This document shows, in pieces, positions 14,101 through 24,998 of a stretch of 64,000 nucleotides of DNA; position 1 is the first letter of the stretch; each line of letters opens with the position of its first letter. Below the pieces are notes generated by a model. It did no database searches. It saw only the letters and a list, made by a program, of their open reading frames with translations, and was not told the origin of the DNA. The translations under genes and the position numbers were made by a program. The stretch lies in the IMG/VR virus record IMGVR_UViG_3300046171_000271; one strand, written 5' to 3'. This stretch comes from a virus. Taxonomy: Duplodnaviria > Caudoviricetes.

Positions 14101-15604
14101 TTCATTAGTTTCAATTGCTAATACTAATGAGATTATCTTAGATAATGTTCAAGGAGACTTCATTACCGGTGTTGGACACTCGCTTCAGTTTGTTAAAAAT
14201 AATGGATTTACAACCTCTCTTAATCATGCTACAGGTGGAAATGTTTTAGTTGACGGTATCAACAATGTCATTTCTGATGGGGTTCACTTTACGGTGAATC
14301 ATAAGAATCATGGTATGTACTTTGCTGATAATAGAGTGGCAATCTCTAATGTTGAGTCGGACATTCTTCCGGTTAAATTAGCAGCAGCATTAGACGCTTC
14401 TTCGACATCAACTATTTCTGTAGATGCAACGACGGGATTTGATACATTTGAGAATGTTGGAGTAGGAACTACTAACGTAGGTTATCTTAGAATTGGAGAA
14501 GAGATCGTTTCATATGAGTCCGCTTCTGGAACCTCTATCACAATTACAGAGAGAGGAATAGACAGCACGACTCCAAAGAACTATCTTGCAGGCACTAAAG
14601 TTCATAAGTACGAACTTGGTGGTGTATCTCTTAGGAGAATTAATAAGACTCATGATCTTAACAATGTAACTGTATCTAATGCACGCACATTTGATACGTA
14701 TAAGGTAAAACTTGATATGGGAACAAGCGGTGTTGGACGTTCAACTGGAGAAAGTTTCCCAATTCTTTATATGAATGAAACTAAATCTACTGGTGGTTCT
14801 AATGTCAAGGCTACTCAAAATATTCCTTTTGAGATCTTAACACCACAAATTCAACATGTAACTGTAAGTGGTACAAATATTGATGCTGAGGTAAGAACTA
14901 TTTCTGGATCTTCTATTAGTGGGAACGACATTCCCTTCATTGATCAAGGATTTGAAGCGATTTCAATTTCAAAATCAAATTATTTCTCCACTCCAAGAAT
15001 TATTGCTTCTAAGGTAAATGAAGATGCAAAACTCACTAATTTGCCTGACAACAAATCAATGACATTGCGACTGAATTTATCAACAATTGATTCTAGAGTT
15101 TCTCCAACCATTGAGACTCAGGGAATGAGTGTGTTTCTTTCTTCAAATCGTGTAAATAGTGAAATTGATAACTACATCACAGATAATAGAGTGAATGGGA
15201 TGAATTCCGATCCCACTGCTTTCCAATATCTTTCCAAAGAAATTTTATTAGAAAATCCAGCAACATCACTCAAAATTATTGTTGACGTATATAAAGATTT
15301 AGATTCTGATATAAGAGGATTCTTTGCAATCTCTGATAATCAAAACTTTAATCCAATCTATCAAGCATTCCCTGGATTTAACAACATTGATCAGAGAGGA
15401 AGAATTATCGATATTGCAGACAATGATGGATCATCTGATGTTTTTGTATCACCCTCTAAAAAGTTTAGAGATTTTAAGGAGCATGTATTTACAATTGATG
15501 AACTTCCTTCTTTCAAATCATATAGAATAAAACTACTTCTCACATCCACTAATCAAGCAAATCCTCCCATAATTAAAAACCTTAGAGCGATAGCACTTGC
15601 ATAA
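8168..15604 (+). CDS. Large virion structural protein (VrlC/DUF4815-like), about 2470 aa, split by indels near 8354, 10770 and 10878
   Basis: MSQETNLNVAPYFDDFD...YYKVLFKPGYPVQARELT start; FGAPGADRLKI, YLGRIDRIYL, HKRYRMTDIKQLENRIKNLE and RFKSGFFVDNF motifs; pieces 8168-8386, 8313-10781 and 10862-15604 rejoin (EGAKVIPGN, LSGPTAKTSDL, FLPKNQISF). Confidence 0.8.
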
Positions 15605-15831
15605 TGAAACATCTTAAAGTTGAGGGACATAATAATCTAATTAGAGACAAAGAAACCGGAGCTATCATTAATAATGACAAATCTGGTTTCTCGTCTTACA
15701 TGATGAGTAAAAACATCAAAGATGAAGAGAGTACTAGGATACAGAATGTTGAAAGAGATCTTGCTAATATTCATAGTGAAATCTCTGAATTAAAATCACT
15801 TATTAAGGAGGCACTTAATGGATCCCGATAA
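15604..15831 (+). CDS. Small hypothetical protein with C-terminal coiled coil
   Basis: 75-aa ORF overlapping the upstream stop (TAATG); typical cyanophage position before gp13. Confidence 0.75.
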   Translation: MKHLKVEGHNNLIRDKETGAIINNDKSGFSSYMMSKNIKDEESTRIQNVERDLANIHSEISELKSLIKEALNGSR

Positions 15832-16006
15832 AATTGAGCTTAAAAACTTATCAAAAAGTTTTGAATATGTAAAAATAGCATCTGATATAGATGGTTGTGA
15901 TGATAGAGATATGTTAAAAGATATTGCTAAATCTTTTGCAAAACTTTATTATAAACAACAAGAAACCTTATCAGTAATAAGCGTTGATACTGCCATAAAT
16001 ACTTAA
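15818..16006 (+). CDS. Small hypothetical protein
   Basis: 62-aa ORF MDPDKIELKNLSKSFEY..., coupled to the previous ORF. Confidence 0.7.
   Translation: MDPDKIELKNLSKSFEYVKIASDIDGCDDRDMLKDIAKSFAKLYYKQQETLSVISVDTAINT
15996..16001 (+). promoter_or_regulatory. Late promoter (gp13)
   Basis: ATAAATA just upstream of the start. Confidence 0.75.
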
Positions 16007-16017
16007 AAAATATAGAT

Positions 16018-16866
16018 ATGGCTCAACCATCAACTAGAGCGGAGTTAATAGACTACTGCAAAAGAAAGTTAGGTGCTCCTGTTCTCGAAATTAACGTTGC
16101 TGATGAGCAAATCGAGGACTTAGTTGATGATGCCATTCAATATTTTCATGAAAGACATTTTGATGGTGTAGGACAAGTATTTTTAAAGTATCAAATCACC
16201 CAAGATGATATAAACAGAGGTAGAGCACCTTCTGGACTTTCTGCTACTGCAGGAATCGCAACAACTTCGGCAACCACATCAATTGTCGGAACTGCTACTA
16301 CCTTTTCCTATAAAGAAAATAGTAATTATCTACAAGTTCCTCCTTCTGTTATAGGGGTTAACAAGATATTTCAATTTTCTGGAGGAAATTCAATCACTAA
16401 CAATATGTTTAGTGTGAAATATCAATTATTCTTGAATGATGTATATTTTTTTGGGAATACTGAATTACTATCATATGCCATGACAAAAACATATCTAGAA
16501 GATCTAGATTTCTTATTGAATACTCATAAGCAGATAAGGTTTAATCAAAGAATGGATAGATTATATCTTGATATTGATTGGAGCACATTAAGTGTGGGTG
16601 AATACATTATCATCGATTGTTTTAGAACAGTTGATCCTAATGATTTTGCTAGAGTTTATAACGATTCATTCATTAAACCCTATCTAACTGCTTTAATCAA
16701 GCGTCAGTGGGGACAAAATCTCATGAAATTCCAAGGAGTTAAACTTCCTGGTGGAGTAGAACTTAATGGACGACAAATTTATGAGGATGGGCAGAATGAT
16801 TTAGATAAAATAATGGAAAAAATGTCTAATACTTACGAACTTCCTCCCCTTGACATGATCGGCTGA
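16018..16866 (+). CDS. gp13: Neck protein gp13
   Basis: LIDYCKRKLGAPVLEINV, YFHERHFDG and LIKRQWGQNLMKFQGVKLPGGVELNG motifs. Confidence 0.95.
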   Translation: MAQPSTRAELIDYCKRKLGAPVLEINVADEQIEDLVDDAIQYFHERHFDGVGQVFLKYQITQDDINRGRAPSGLSATAGIATTSATTSIVGTATTFSYKENSNYLQVPPSVIGVNKIFQFSGGNSITNNMFSVKYQLFLNDVYFFGNTELLSYAMTKTYLEDLDFLLNTHKQIRFNQRMDRLYLDIDWSTLSVGEYIIIDCFRTVDPNDFARVYNDSFIKPYLTALIKRQWGQNLMKFQGVKLPGGVELNGRQIYEDGQNDLDKIMEKMSNTYELPPLDMIG

Positions 16867-18263
16867 TGGCATTAAATCCATTTTTCTTACAAGGTTCTCA
16901 AGGAGAACAAAGTCTTGTACAAGATTTGATCAATGAACAATTGAGAATGTATGGTGTTGAGGTTTTTTATTTACCAAGACAATATGCGGCTAAAAGTTCA
17001 ATAATTCGTGAAGTAATTAAATCGGAATTTAATCAATCATATCCTATCGAAGCATATGTTGATAATTTTGATGGATATGGTGATAATACTGTTCTTTTGT
17101 CCAAATTTGGTGTTCAACAAACATCTGAAATAAAATTAATTATCTCTCAAGAAAGATTTGAAACATATATTACTCCTTTAATTACAAATTTACCTCTTAT
17201 TGAACTTGCAACTCGTCCAAAAGAGGGCGATCTGATCTATTTTCCACTTGGCGATAGACTTTTTGAGATTAAATTTGTTGAACATGAAAAACCTTTTTAT
17301 CAGTTACAAAAAAATTATGTCTATGAATTAAGTTGTGAACTATTCAGAGGAGAAGATGAAATATTGGATACTGGTGTTGCAGAAATCGATGATTCCCTCG
17401 ATGTTGAAGGGAATATCAGATCTCTCACTCTTATCGGATCAGGTTCTACCGCAACCGCTATCTCTGGAAGAGTTGCAAGCGGAGCTGTCAACAAGATCAT
17501 TATTACAAACAGAGGAGAAAAATATAATTATCCACCCAGCGTTTCTATTTCATCTCCAATATCAGGAACCACAGCAACTGGAGTATCTACCTTACGTGAC
17601 GATATTGTTAATTGTGATGGAACAGAAATAGGATCTGTAGTTCAAGGAGCTATGTTAATTGATCCTGGTGCAGGATACACTGTAAATCCTGGTATTGTTT
17701 TTGTTGGCGTTAATACTAATCCAGGTGTTGGTGCTGCTGCAACCACCAGAATTTCAGATAATACTGTTGGAATTGTAACTATTACTAGCGGTGGTGGTGG
17801 ATATGTAACTGCTCCCACAGTTACATTTAGTAGTCCTGGTGCTGGAGGGACAACAGCTCAGGGTTTAGCTGTTGTATCCGCTGCAGGAACGGTTTCTGCA
17901 ATATATCTTACACATGCTGGTGCTGGATATACAACTGCTCCTACAATTACACTTTCTGATCCACCTTCCGCTGGGGTTGGAACTTTTATTCCTACAGAAA
18001 CAATTACAGGATCGACAAGTGGTGTTACAGGTATTGTCAAAACATGGAATACCATAACAAACATTCTTACATATTCAAACACTACAGGAGATTTCTTACC
18101 AGGAGAAACTATCACTGGTGCTGAAAGTAGTGCCTCTTATGTAATTAAAATTGTTGAAGACGACAATACAGTCAATAATTATCCAGATAATGATGCTTTT
18201 GAGACTTTTGCAAATGATGGAATACTTGATTTTTCAGAATCAAATCCTTTTGGGAGTCCTTAA
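16866..18263 (+). CDS. gp14: Neck protein gp14 with an inserted GxGYTxAP repeat region
   Basis: MALNPFFLQGSQGEQSLVQDLINEQLRMYG, RPKEGDLIYFPL and C-terminal DFSESNPFG. Confidence 0.93.
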   Translation: MALNPFFLQGSQGEQSLVQDLINEQLRMYGVEVFYLPRQYAAKSSIIREVIKSEFNQSYPIEAYVDNFDGYGDNTVLLSKFGVQQTSEIKLIISQERFETYITPLITNLPLIELATRPKEGDLIYFPLGDRLFEIKFVEHEKPFYQLQKNYVYELSCELFRGEDEILDTGVAEIDDSLDVEGNIRSLTLIGSGSTATAISGRVASGAVNKIIITNRGEKYNYPPSVSISSPISGTTATGVSTLRDDIVNCDGTEIGSVVQGAMLIDPGAGYTVNPGIVFVGVNTNPGVGAAATTRISDNTVGIVTITSGGGGYVTAPTVTFSSPGAGGTTAQGLAVVSAAGTVSAIYLTHAGAGYTTAPTITLSDPPSAGVGTFIPTETITGSTSGVTGIVKTWNTITNILTYSNTTGDFLPGETITGAESSASYVIKIVEDDNTVNNYPDNDAFETFANDGILDFSESNPFGSP

Positions 18264-18266
18264 CCC

Positions 18267-18272
18267 TAAATA
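18267..18272 (+). promoter_or_regulatory. Late promoter (gp15)
   Basis: CTAAATA, intergenic. Confidence 0.75.
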
Positions 18273-18292
18273 AAGTTAAGTAGGGCACATTT

Positions 18293-19301
18293 ATGTTTGA
18301 ATACTTTTACCATGAAATTTTAAGACGAACGATCATTGCGTTCGGGAGTCTTTTTAATGGGATTGATATCAAACACTTAGATTCCTCAGGTAATGTATTA
18401 GAGGAAATAAAAGTACCATTAGCGTATGGGCCCTACTCAAAAGTTTTTAGCAAGGTTAGAGCAATCACCAGATCTCAACAAACCAACGTCGATTACTCTT
18501 CCAAGAATGTCCTTTGAATTCACAGGACTTCAGTATGATGGTACAAGAAAAGTTACCACTACTCAAACTTTTAAAACGCAGACTGTAGGTATTGCAACGG
18601 CAATTAGAAAAACTTACATGCCCGTTCCATATAACATGTCATTTGAACTATCAATATTTACTAAGTTAAATGATGATATGCTTCAGATTATTGAACAAAT
18701 TTTGCCGTATTTTCAACCAGCGTATACTTTATCAGTAAATTTAATTGATACAATCGGGGAAAAGAGAGATATTCCAATCGTTATCGAAAATATTACAATG
18801 CAAGATGATTATGAAGGAAATTATAGCACAAGACGCTCTCTTCTTTACACTATAAGATTTACTGCTAAAACTTATCTTTTTGGCCCGGTTGGAGATACTT
18901 CAAAAGCATCCAAAGATCTCATCAAAAGAGTACAAATTGGATATGTACAAGACGATTCTTCTACACCAACCAGAGATCTTACATATACTGTTGTTCCAAG
19001 AGCGACACAAAGTTACACAGGAAATGTTGTTACAAGTTTGGCACAAGATATCGGAACAACAACCAATATCATTCAAGTTACTGATGCAACCAACATTTCC
19101 GAAAATGTATACATCAATATCAACAATGAATCCATATACGTTGATAGAAAAGAAGGCAATTCTCTATTCACGAAGAGAGGACAAGACGGAACAATTGTTG
19201 GATCTCATGTTCGCGGAACTGCAGTCAATCTTATTACTGATGCTGATGATGCCCTTATTGAAGTCGGAGATGACTTTGGATTTGATGGAGCAGTATCATG
19301 A
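18293..19301 (+). CDS. gp15: Tail sheath stabiliser/terminator gp15; one +1 indel near 18430
   Basis: MFEYFYHEILRRTIIAFGSLFN, then VPLAYG/PTQKFLARL across the indel; LPRMSFE and QILPYFQP motifs. Confidence 0.92.
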
Positions 19302-19714
19302 GTTTTGATAGTTTAAACGAAGCATTTGATGTATCAAGTGAAATTGTATCAGAAGAACCTAAGGAGTTAAAACCGGTTCAGAAAGAAGTTGATGCAATAA
19401 AATCTGATACTCGAAAGGATTATGAATATACAAGAGGTAATTTGTATTCATTAATTGAAAAGGGACAAGAAGCAGTTAATGGTATTCTTGAACTGGCACA
19501 AGAAACCGAACAAGCAAGAGCATATGAGGTTGCAGGACAGTTAATTAAAAGCGTCGCTGATGCCACTGATAAACTTTTAGATTTACAAAAAAAATTAAAA
19601 GATGTTGAGGAAGAATCTCAATCAAAAGTCCCAACTAACGTAACAAATGCCCTTTTTGTTGGTTCGACTGCAGATCTCGCTAAATTATTGAAGCAAAACA
19701 AAGAAAATAAATAG
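19298..19714 (+). CDS. gp16: Terminase small subunit gp16
   Basis: DYEYTRGNLYSLIEKGQEA...RAYEVAGQLIKSVAD...NALFVGSTADL. Confidence 0.92.
   Translation: MSFDSLNEAFDVSSEIVSEEPKELKPVQKEVDAIKSDTRKDYEYTRGNLYSLIEKGQEAVNGILELAQETEQARAYEVAGQLIKSVADATDKLLDLQKKLKDVEEESQSKVPTNVTNALFVGSTADLAKLLKQNKENK
19708..19713 (+). promoter_or_regulatory. Late promoter (19728 gene)
   Basis: ATAAATA. Confidence 0.7.
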
Positions 19715-19727
19715 TTAAAAAAGTGTC

Positions 19728-20057
19728 ATGGCAGTACCTGCAGTTAACATAGAAATTGAACAAGGTGCAGATTTTACTTCAACCTTTACTATCACAAATG
19801 GTGATGGTTCTATATTCAACATGTCTAATGCGAGTGCAGTAGCAAAAGTAAAAAAGCATCCTACTGCAGGAACAGCATATACTTTTTCCACTTCTATTGA
19901 ATCATCGACAGGAAAAATTACTGTACAGATGACTGATGAAATTACAGCAACAATGGAAGCAGGAAGATATCTTTATGATATTTTGTTAACTTCTGCGGGT
20001 GGTACAAAAACAAGAGTCATTCAAGGAATGGCATTAGTTACTGCAGGCATATCATAA
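19728..20057 (+). CDS. Small virion structural protein (possible Ig-like adaptor)
   Basis: NIEIEQGADF...GRYLYDILLT...TRVIQG pattern common in cyanomyovirus structural genes; has its own late promoter. Confidence 0.7.
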   Translation: MAVPAVNIEIEQGADFTSTFTITNGDGSIFNMSNASAVAKVKKHPTAGTAYTFSTSIESSTGKITVQMTDEITATMEAGRYLYDILLTSAGGTKTRVIQGMALVTAGIS

Positions 20058-20060
20058 ATA
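20055..20060 (+). promoter_or_regulatory. Late promoter (20079 gene)
   Basis: ATAAATA overlapping the upstream stop. Confidence 0.7.
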
Positions 20061-20078
20061 CCATTATAGGGTAACCAA

Positions 20079-20369
20079 ATGCCAGATTACTTAGTAAGAA
20101 GATCAGGAACACAACAATTTACCGTAACTCAGGAGAAAACAGTAGTGGCGGAAAATCTATCAGAACTTGCAGATGTTTCAGTATCCAATCTTCCAGGATC
20201 TGACAAATTTGTATTGACATATAATGCAACGACTGCAAAATTTGAATTAGTACCTGCTGATAATGTTCTTTCTAATGCTGCCGTTGATGCTCAACTTCCA
20301 GATACATTTATTACTCAATTAGAAACTGATCTTGACAACACTATTGATCTTGATGGCGGCTCATTTTAA
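20079..20369 (+). CDS. Small structural/adaptor protein ending in IDLDGGSF
   Basis: 96-aa ORF; LSELADV...VLTYNATTAKF motif; late promoter upstream. Confidence 0.7.
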   Translation: MPDYLVRRSGTQQFTVTQEKTVVAENLSELADVSVSNLPGSDKFVLTYNATTAKFELVPADNVLSNAAVDAQLPDTFITQLETDLDNTIDLDGGSF

Positions 20370-20376
20370 AAATATC

Positions 20377-20382
20377 TAAATA
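20377..20382 (+). promoter_or_regulatory. Late promoter (986-aa gene)
   Basis: CTAAATA, intergenic. Confidence 0.7.
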
Positions 20383-20406
20383 GTAACAAGAAAAATTATA
20401 GGTTAA

Positions 20407-23367
20407 ATGACTTCTCCAGTACTTCAGTTTAAGAGAGGTGCGTTTGCTAATCTACCTGGACTCAGAGTAGGTGAACCTGGCTTTACCACTGACAAATACG
20501 ATCTATATATCGGATTATCGTCAGAAACCTCCACCAACCAGTTTTATGGTTCAGGTAGGTATTGGGGTAGAGAGGATGGCACCAATCCCCTACAGTTCAA
20601 ACTTGTTGATAAGGACGGCTCTAATAGCATTAATTTAAGAGCCCCTGCAACTCTTAGTGGTATAACCACTTATACTTTTCCAGCAACTCCCGGAGCAGGA
20701 AAACTTTTAGTCACAAATGAGTCAGGAGTTCTATCCTGGGCGGATACATTTTCTACTAATTTAAACATCACCGGTATTGTAACTGCCTCCGGTGGATTTA
20801 ATATTGGTATTAATTCTTCTGGAAATGTAATTACAACAGGCCCAGTTCAAAATTTGAACTTCATTGGTGCTGGTAATACATTTGCATATAACGCAGATAC
20901 AGACACAGTAGATATTACTATTGCTGGCGAAGGTTCAGCAATGACATTAGGTTCTCCAACCGATGGAAGTTATAGTGAACCTGGTGCTTTAAATACATTT
21001 ACTAGTTCAACCAAAATTAGTGATAGTATTGATGATTTGAATGAACTCGCTCTGAATATTATAAGAAATACAGTAGTTACTGGATTAGCATTTACTGCGA
21101 ACTCTACTGCTGGCGGTTCTCCCTTTACTGTTACCTTAAATACTTTCCACGAGGGTAATGCAAATAGTTTTGATATTGATTGGGGTGATGGATCTGCACT
21201 AGATACGACATCAGATTCAACTCCATCTCACACATATGATCAAGAAAATGGTGGAGCATTTAGTGTAAGTGTTGTTGCAAAAAATACCTCTGGTGCAGGT
21301 GCAGGACATTCTGTAAGTGCGTCAAGATCTAATTATATTACAGTTTACACTCCTGATCCAGCAGTTTCTTTTAATTTATTCAGAGCATCTTCTGGAGGAA
21401 GCGCACTTACTGGTAATGATTTATATGTAGTTGAAGGACAATCTCTTTACTTAGATAATAATACAACAAATGCAACTCAGGTTGGTTCTGGTGCTACTTA
21501 CACAGTAAATTGGGGAGATGGATCTGCTAACAGTTTCATCTCAAGCAATACAGTTGGAGGTGGTGCAAGCACATCAGCAGATAGATTGCAACACACTTGG
21601 GCGGATGGTACATTAAGTGGTACTGGCAGAGATACTCTGACACTTACGATTAATAAGCACAATCTTGCTAATCCAGGAGTAGTTCCCGTTTCTGGAACTG
21701 TTCAATTAAAGGTTTATGACGATTCCCCTGCAGCACCCGATACTTTAAGTTCCAAAACTCTTAGTAACGTAAGTAGCACTGGTACAAGTCCAAAAGCAGC
21801 TGCTGGATTCACTGACAATACATCCGGAGCATCTGGAATCAGTGCTGGAGATTCTGTTACTCGTGTTACCTCTGGTACTGCAACTGCAGGCCCAATCACA
21901 ACATTTGCATATAATGCTGACTCGGGAACTTTGACAGCAACTGTTAATGGTTCTGCTGATGGACAAAGAGTCTTAACAGGTGGTAACGATAGTGGAACTT
22001 ATACAAGTCTAACTATTGACTCTGAAAGTGATTATAACCTCTTAACTTCTGGAGGTTCATCCACATCATTTGCTAATAGTACCTTCTATCCTGGTTTATA
22101 CAAAGGATTTAAGGCAAGAGTTGAAAAATCAGTAAGTGGACTCTCTGTTGGAACTAATAGTATGCAACTTCAGCATAGCACTGGAGGAAATACTAATACC
22201 GTAGGATTCATGAGAGATGATTTAACATCATCCCCCTCAGTTGATATTTCTAGCGCAACTCTTACGCAAAATAACGCAGGAACATTTAGATATGTTTCGG
22301 GTATTCCATATTATAACTCTGGATCACCAACACTTACTTTATCTGGTGTAGAAATTGATCATCTTGTTGGACAATGTTATACAGATCAAAATGATATTGT
22401 TGAGGTTGATAATGGATCAAATCAAGAAGGAACATCAGCAAGTGCTATAAACAATTCAGGATATACTTACGCACAAATTGATGGATCTACCACTATGCTT
22501 GATAGTGGTATTCCAAAAGTAAATACTGGAACTTCCTCATCATATGCAATTGGAAATCTCACAGTTCCCATCACTTCATCCTCGGTTAGAACCGTTAGAA
22601 GAGTTAAGGTTCGAGCAAAGAATGTAAATGGAACAAGTTCCTATAGTTCTTCTATCGCAACTAACGTTCAAGTTCATACCGCTTCTCAAAGTGGAATTAA
22701 TGAAACTGCTATTGCTGTTTCTGACTCTCTTGGAAATGGAGAATTAACAAACGATGGCGTAAGAATTTTTGATTTTAGCGCACAAACAACTAACACTCCA
22801 GATTATTCTGGTTTTGGAGTTTCTAACTTTTACACAAATAGTCTTTACTCAGAAGCATCTGATCCAGGAGTTTCTGGAACGAAAGAAGCATCGGTTAGAT
22901 TGGGTGTGATTAAGCATGATACCACCGATTATTCAAGTGGATACCTTCCTGCTGGCCCAGATAGAAGTGGTGATACAGGAACTCAATACTTCACATTTGC
23001 TTTCCAAAGAAGAGCAGTCGCTAACTTTGAATTAAGTATCACTAGTTCTGGTGGTATTTCTGGCGGAGTATTCATTGCTGCACCAGGAACAAACATTGAT
23101 AGTGCATCTGGACTCAACGGTTGGTTGAGGGCAGATCAAACTTATGCCGGATCTGGTACACCTGGAAGTGACACTGGAAATGGTGGTAACGGAAGCGATG
23201 GTTGTGCATTTACTTCTGGAGATAGAATACTAACTGGAACTGCGTTAAGTAGCAGTTACACGCTAACTTTAGGTGATCAGAATATGACTGATGCCGATAG
23301 TAATGTCGTCCTCGTAAGAATCGGACTTGCATCTGGCGAGTCCATTACTGCACTCAGCGTATCTTAA
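20407..23367 (+). CDS. 986-aa virion adhesin-like protein with an Mtd-N-like N terminus and two PKD-like domains
   Basis: N-term LQFKRG...LRVGEPGFTTD; IDWGDG...SHTY...FSVSVVAKN and VNWGDG...QHTW motifs; S/T/G-rich. Confidence 0.75.
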   Translation: MTSPVLQFKRGAFANLPGLRVGEPGFTTDKYDLYIGLSSETSTNQFYGSGRYWGREDGTNPLQFKLVDKDGSNSINLRAPATLSGITTYTFPATPGAGKLLVTNESGVLSWADTFSTNLNITGIVTASGGFNIGINSSGNVITTGPVQNLNFIGAGNTFAYNADTDTVDITIAGEGSAMTLGSPTDGSYSEPGALNTFTSSTKISDSIDDLNELALNIIRNTVVTGLAFTANSTAGGSPFTVTLNTFHEGNANSFDIDWGDGSALDTTSDSTPSHTYDQENGGAFSVSVVAKNTSGAGAGHSVSASRSNYITVYTPDPAVSFNLFRASSGGSALTGNDLYVVEGQSLYLDNNTTNATQVGSGATYTVNWGDGSANSFISSNTVGGGASTSADRLQHTWADGTLSGTGRDTLTLTINKHNLANPGVVPVSGTVQLKVYDDSPAAPDTLSSKTLSNVSSTGTSPKAAAGFTDNTSGASGISAGDSVTRVTSGTATAGPITTFAYNADSGTLTATVNGSADGQRVLTGGNDSGTYTSLTIDSESDYNLLTSGGSSTSFANSTFYPGLYKGFKARVEKSVSGLSVGTNSMQLQHSTGGNTNTVGFMRDDLTSSPSVDISSATLTQNNAGTFRYVSGIPYYNSGSPTLTLSGVEIDHLVGQCYTDQNDIVEVDNGSNQEGTSASAINNSGYTYAQIDGSTTMLDSGIPKVNTGTSSSYAIGNLTVPITSSSVRTVRRVKVRAKNVNGTSSYSSSIATNVQVHTASQSGINETAIAVSDSLGNGELTNDGVRIFDFSAQTTNTPDYSGFGVSNFYTNSLYSEASDPGVSGTKEASVRLGVIKHDTTDYSSGYLPAGPDRSGDTGTQYFTFAFQRRAVANFELSITSSGGISGGVFIAAPGTNIDSASGLNGWLRADQTYAGSGTPGSDTGNGGNGSDGCAFTSGDRILTGTALSSSYTLTLGDQNMTDADSNVVLVRIGLASGESITALSVS

Positions 23368-23382
23368 GGGGAGGATAAACAA

Positions 23383-24750
23383 ATGGCAATTTCAGATACC
23401 CAAAAAGTTGATTTTCTCTGGAAGAAAATCGCGTTTGCTAAAGCAAAAACAGATACAAACGCTAATAAAAAAGGCCCCAACGAAGCAAATCCAAGTCCTC
23501 TTCTTCTTAGAGGAGACAAAGTTTGGAGAGAGTCTTCATCAATCAATACAACTATTCCTGCAGTTTCCAATGCATATGTTGGAGTTACAACTTCTGGCGC
23601 TCCAGTTGAATTAACTGCTGATGGTTCATCAACAACTAATAGAACTTGGAAAACTGGTTTAACTGACTGGATTCCTCCAGAACTTGGTTCTACATATCAG
23701 GTAAAAGTTTACATTCATACATCAAGCAATGCAAGCACTGCTGTCGCAAGTGGAACTCAAGTATTTGAAACTGGTTCTGGAAATGATGATGAATGGTATT
23801 TTGACTATTCAGCAGGTATCCTTCACTTTATTGGATCAAATTTACCAAATGGAGTAAACTTTACTGGAAAGAGTGTTTACTTAACTGGTGCAAGATATAT
23901 TGGACAGTTTGGTATTCCCGGTGCTGCTGGTGGATCTGGATCTAATTTAGCTGGTATCAATACCTTTACTGATACTACAAATAATACTTTAGGTGATGAA
24001 AATACAGGTACTATACAGGTTGATGGTGGTGTTGGTATCGCTAAAAACCTCACTGTAAAGGAAAATCTTCATGTTGGTGGATACTCTGAGTTTGTCGGAG
24101 TTGTAACATTTAAAGGAGGAACTGTAAATCTTGGTGATGGAACAACTGATAATATTAATGTTGGTGGTGAGTTTACATCTAATCTTGTTCCAAATAGTGA
24201 TGCTCTCTATAATCTTGGAATTTCTACACAAAGATGGAGAGATGGACTATTCTCCAATGATGTTGTTTCTGCCGCTGTAAAAACTGGTATTATCAGTGCA
24301 ACGGACGGAAAGTCTGCAATCACTATTGCAACAGAAACTGGAAATGTTGGAATTTCTAGTGATCTAACAGTTAATGGAAACCTGTTTATTTCTGGTTCAC
24401 AAACTCAGGTTAATACAAATACGTTAACTGTTGAAGATTCATTAGTTGAATTAGGACTTGTAGATGGTTCAGCTCCTGGTTCTGATCTTAATATTGATCT
24501 AGGACTTATTTTAAATTATTATACAGGATCTGCTAAAAAAGCAGCGATTTATTGGGATGACTCTACATCAAGAATTACTATTGGTTCTGATGTTAGTGAA
24601 ACAAGTAGTGTAATAACTGCTACTACGTATGCTCCTTTAGAAATCGGACAACTTTGGGTTAATGATTGCGCTGGACAATCTCAAGTGATTTCTTGTACTG
24701 GAACTGAAAGGTTCCTTGAAAATATTACAATTGACGGTGGCTCCTTCTAA
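23383..24750 (+). CDS. 455-aa fibre-like structural protein ending in ITIDGGSF
   Basis: MAISDTQKVDFLWKK start; GGVGIAKNL, LVPNSDALYNLG and LTVNGNL...TLTVEDSLVELG fibre motifs. Confidence 0.75.
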   Translation: MAISDTQKVDFLWKKIAFAKAKTDTNANKKGPNEANPSPLLLRGDKVWRESSSINTTIPAVSNAYVGVTTSGAPVELTADGSSTTNRTWKTGLTDWIPPELGSTYQVKVYIHTSSNASTAVASGTQVFETGSGNDDEWYFDYSAGILHFIGSNLPNGVNFTGKSVYLTGARYIGQFGIPGAAGGSGSNLAGINTFTDTTNNTLGDENTGTIQVDGGVGIAKNLTVKENLHVGGYSEFVGVVTFKGGTVNLGDGTTDNINVGGEFTSNLVPNSDALYNLGISTQRWRDGLFSNDVVSAAVKTGIISATDGKSAITIATETGNVGISSDLTVNGNLFISGSQTQVNTNTLTVEDSLVELGLVDGSAPGSDLNIDLGLILNYYTGSAKKAAIYWDDSTSRITIGSDVSETSSVITATTYAPLEIGQLWVNDCAGQSQVISCTGTERFLENITIDGGSF

Positions 24751-24938
24751 TGAATGAAGATGATTATAAAAGTTTGATTGCAACTTATCAAAGAAAATCT
24801 ATGGATTTATTTGCACAATTAGTTGTTGCTGAAACGAAAGTAGAGGTATTGAACACTCAATTAAGGGAAGCGAAATCGCGTATTCAACAACTTGAAGAAG
24901 AAATAAAAAGTATTTCAGCGAACAAAGACTACGCATAA
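24750..24938 (+). CDS. Small coiled-coil protein (possible fibre assembly helper)
   Basis: 62 aa with heptad pattern (VEVLNTQLREAKSRIQQLEEEIK); overlaps the upstream stop. Confidence 0.65.
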   Translation: MNEDDYKSLIATYQRKSMDLFAQLVVAETKVEVLNTQLREAKSRIQQLEEEIKSISANKDYA

Positions 24939-24941
24939 ATA
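24936..24941 (+). promoter_or_regulatory. Late promoter (436-aa gene)
   Basis: ATAAATA overlapping the upstream stop. Confidence 0.7.
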
Positions 24942-24998
24942 TACTTAATGCCTGTTATATAACAGGATTTTTAGGTTTATACCATATGCGAGGGATGA

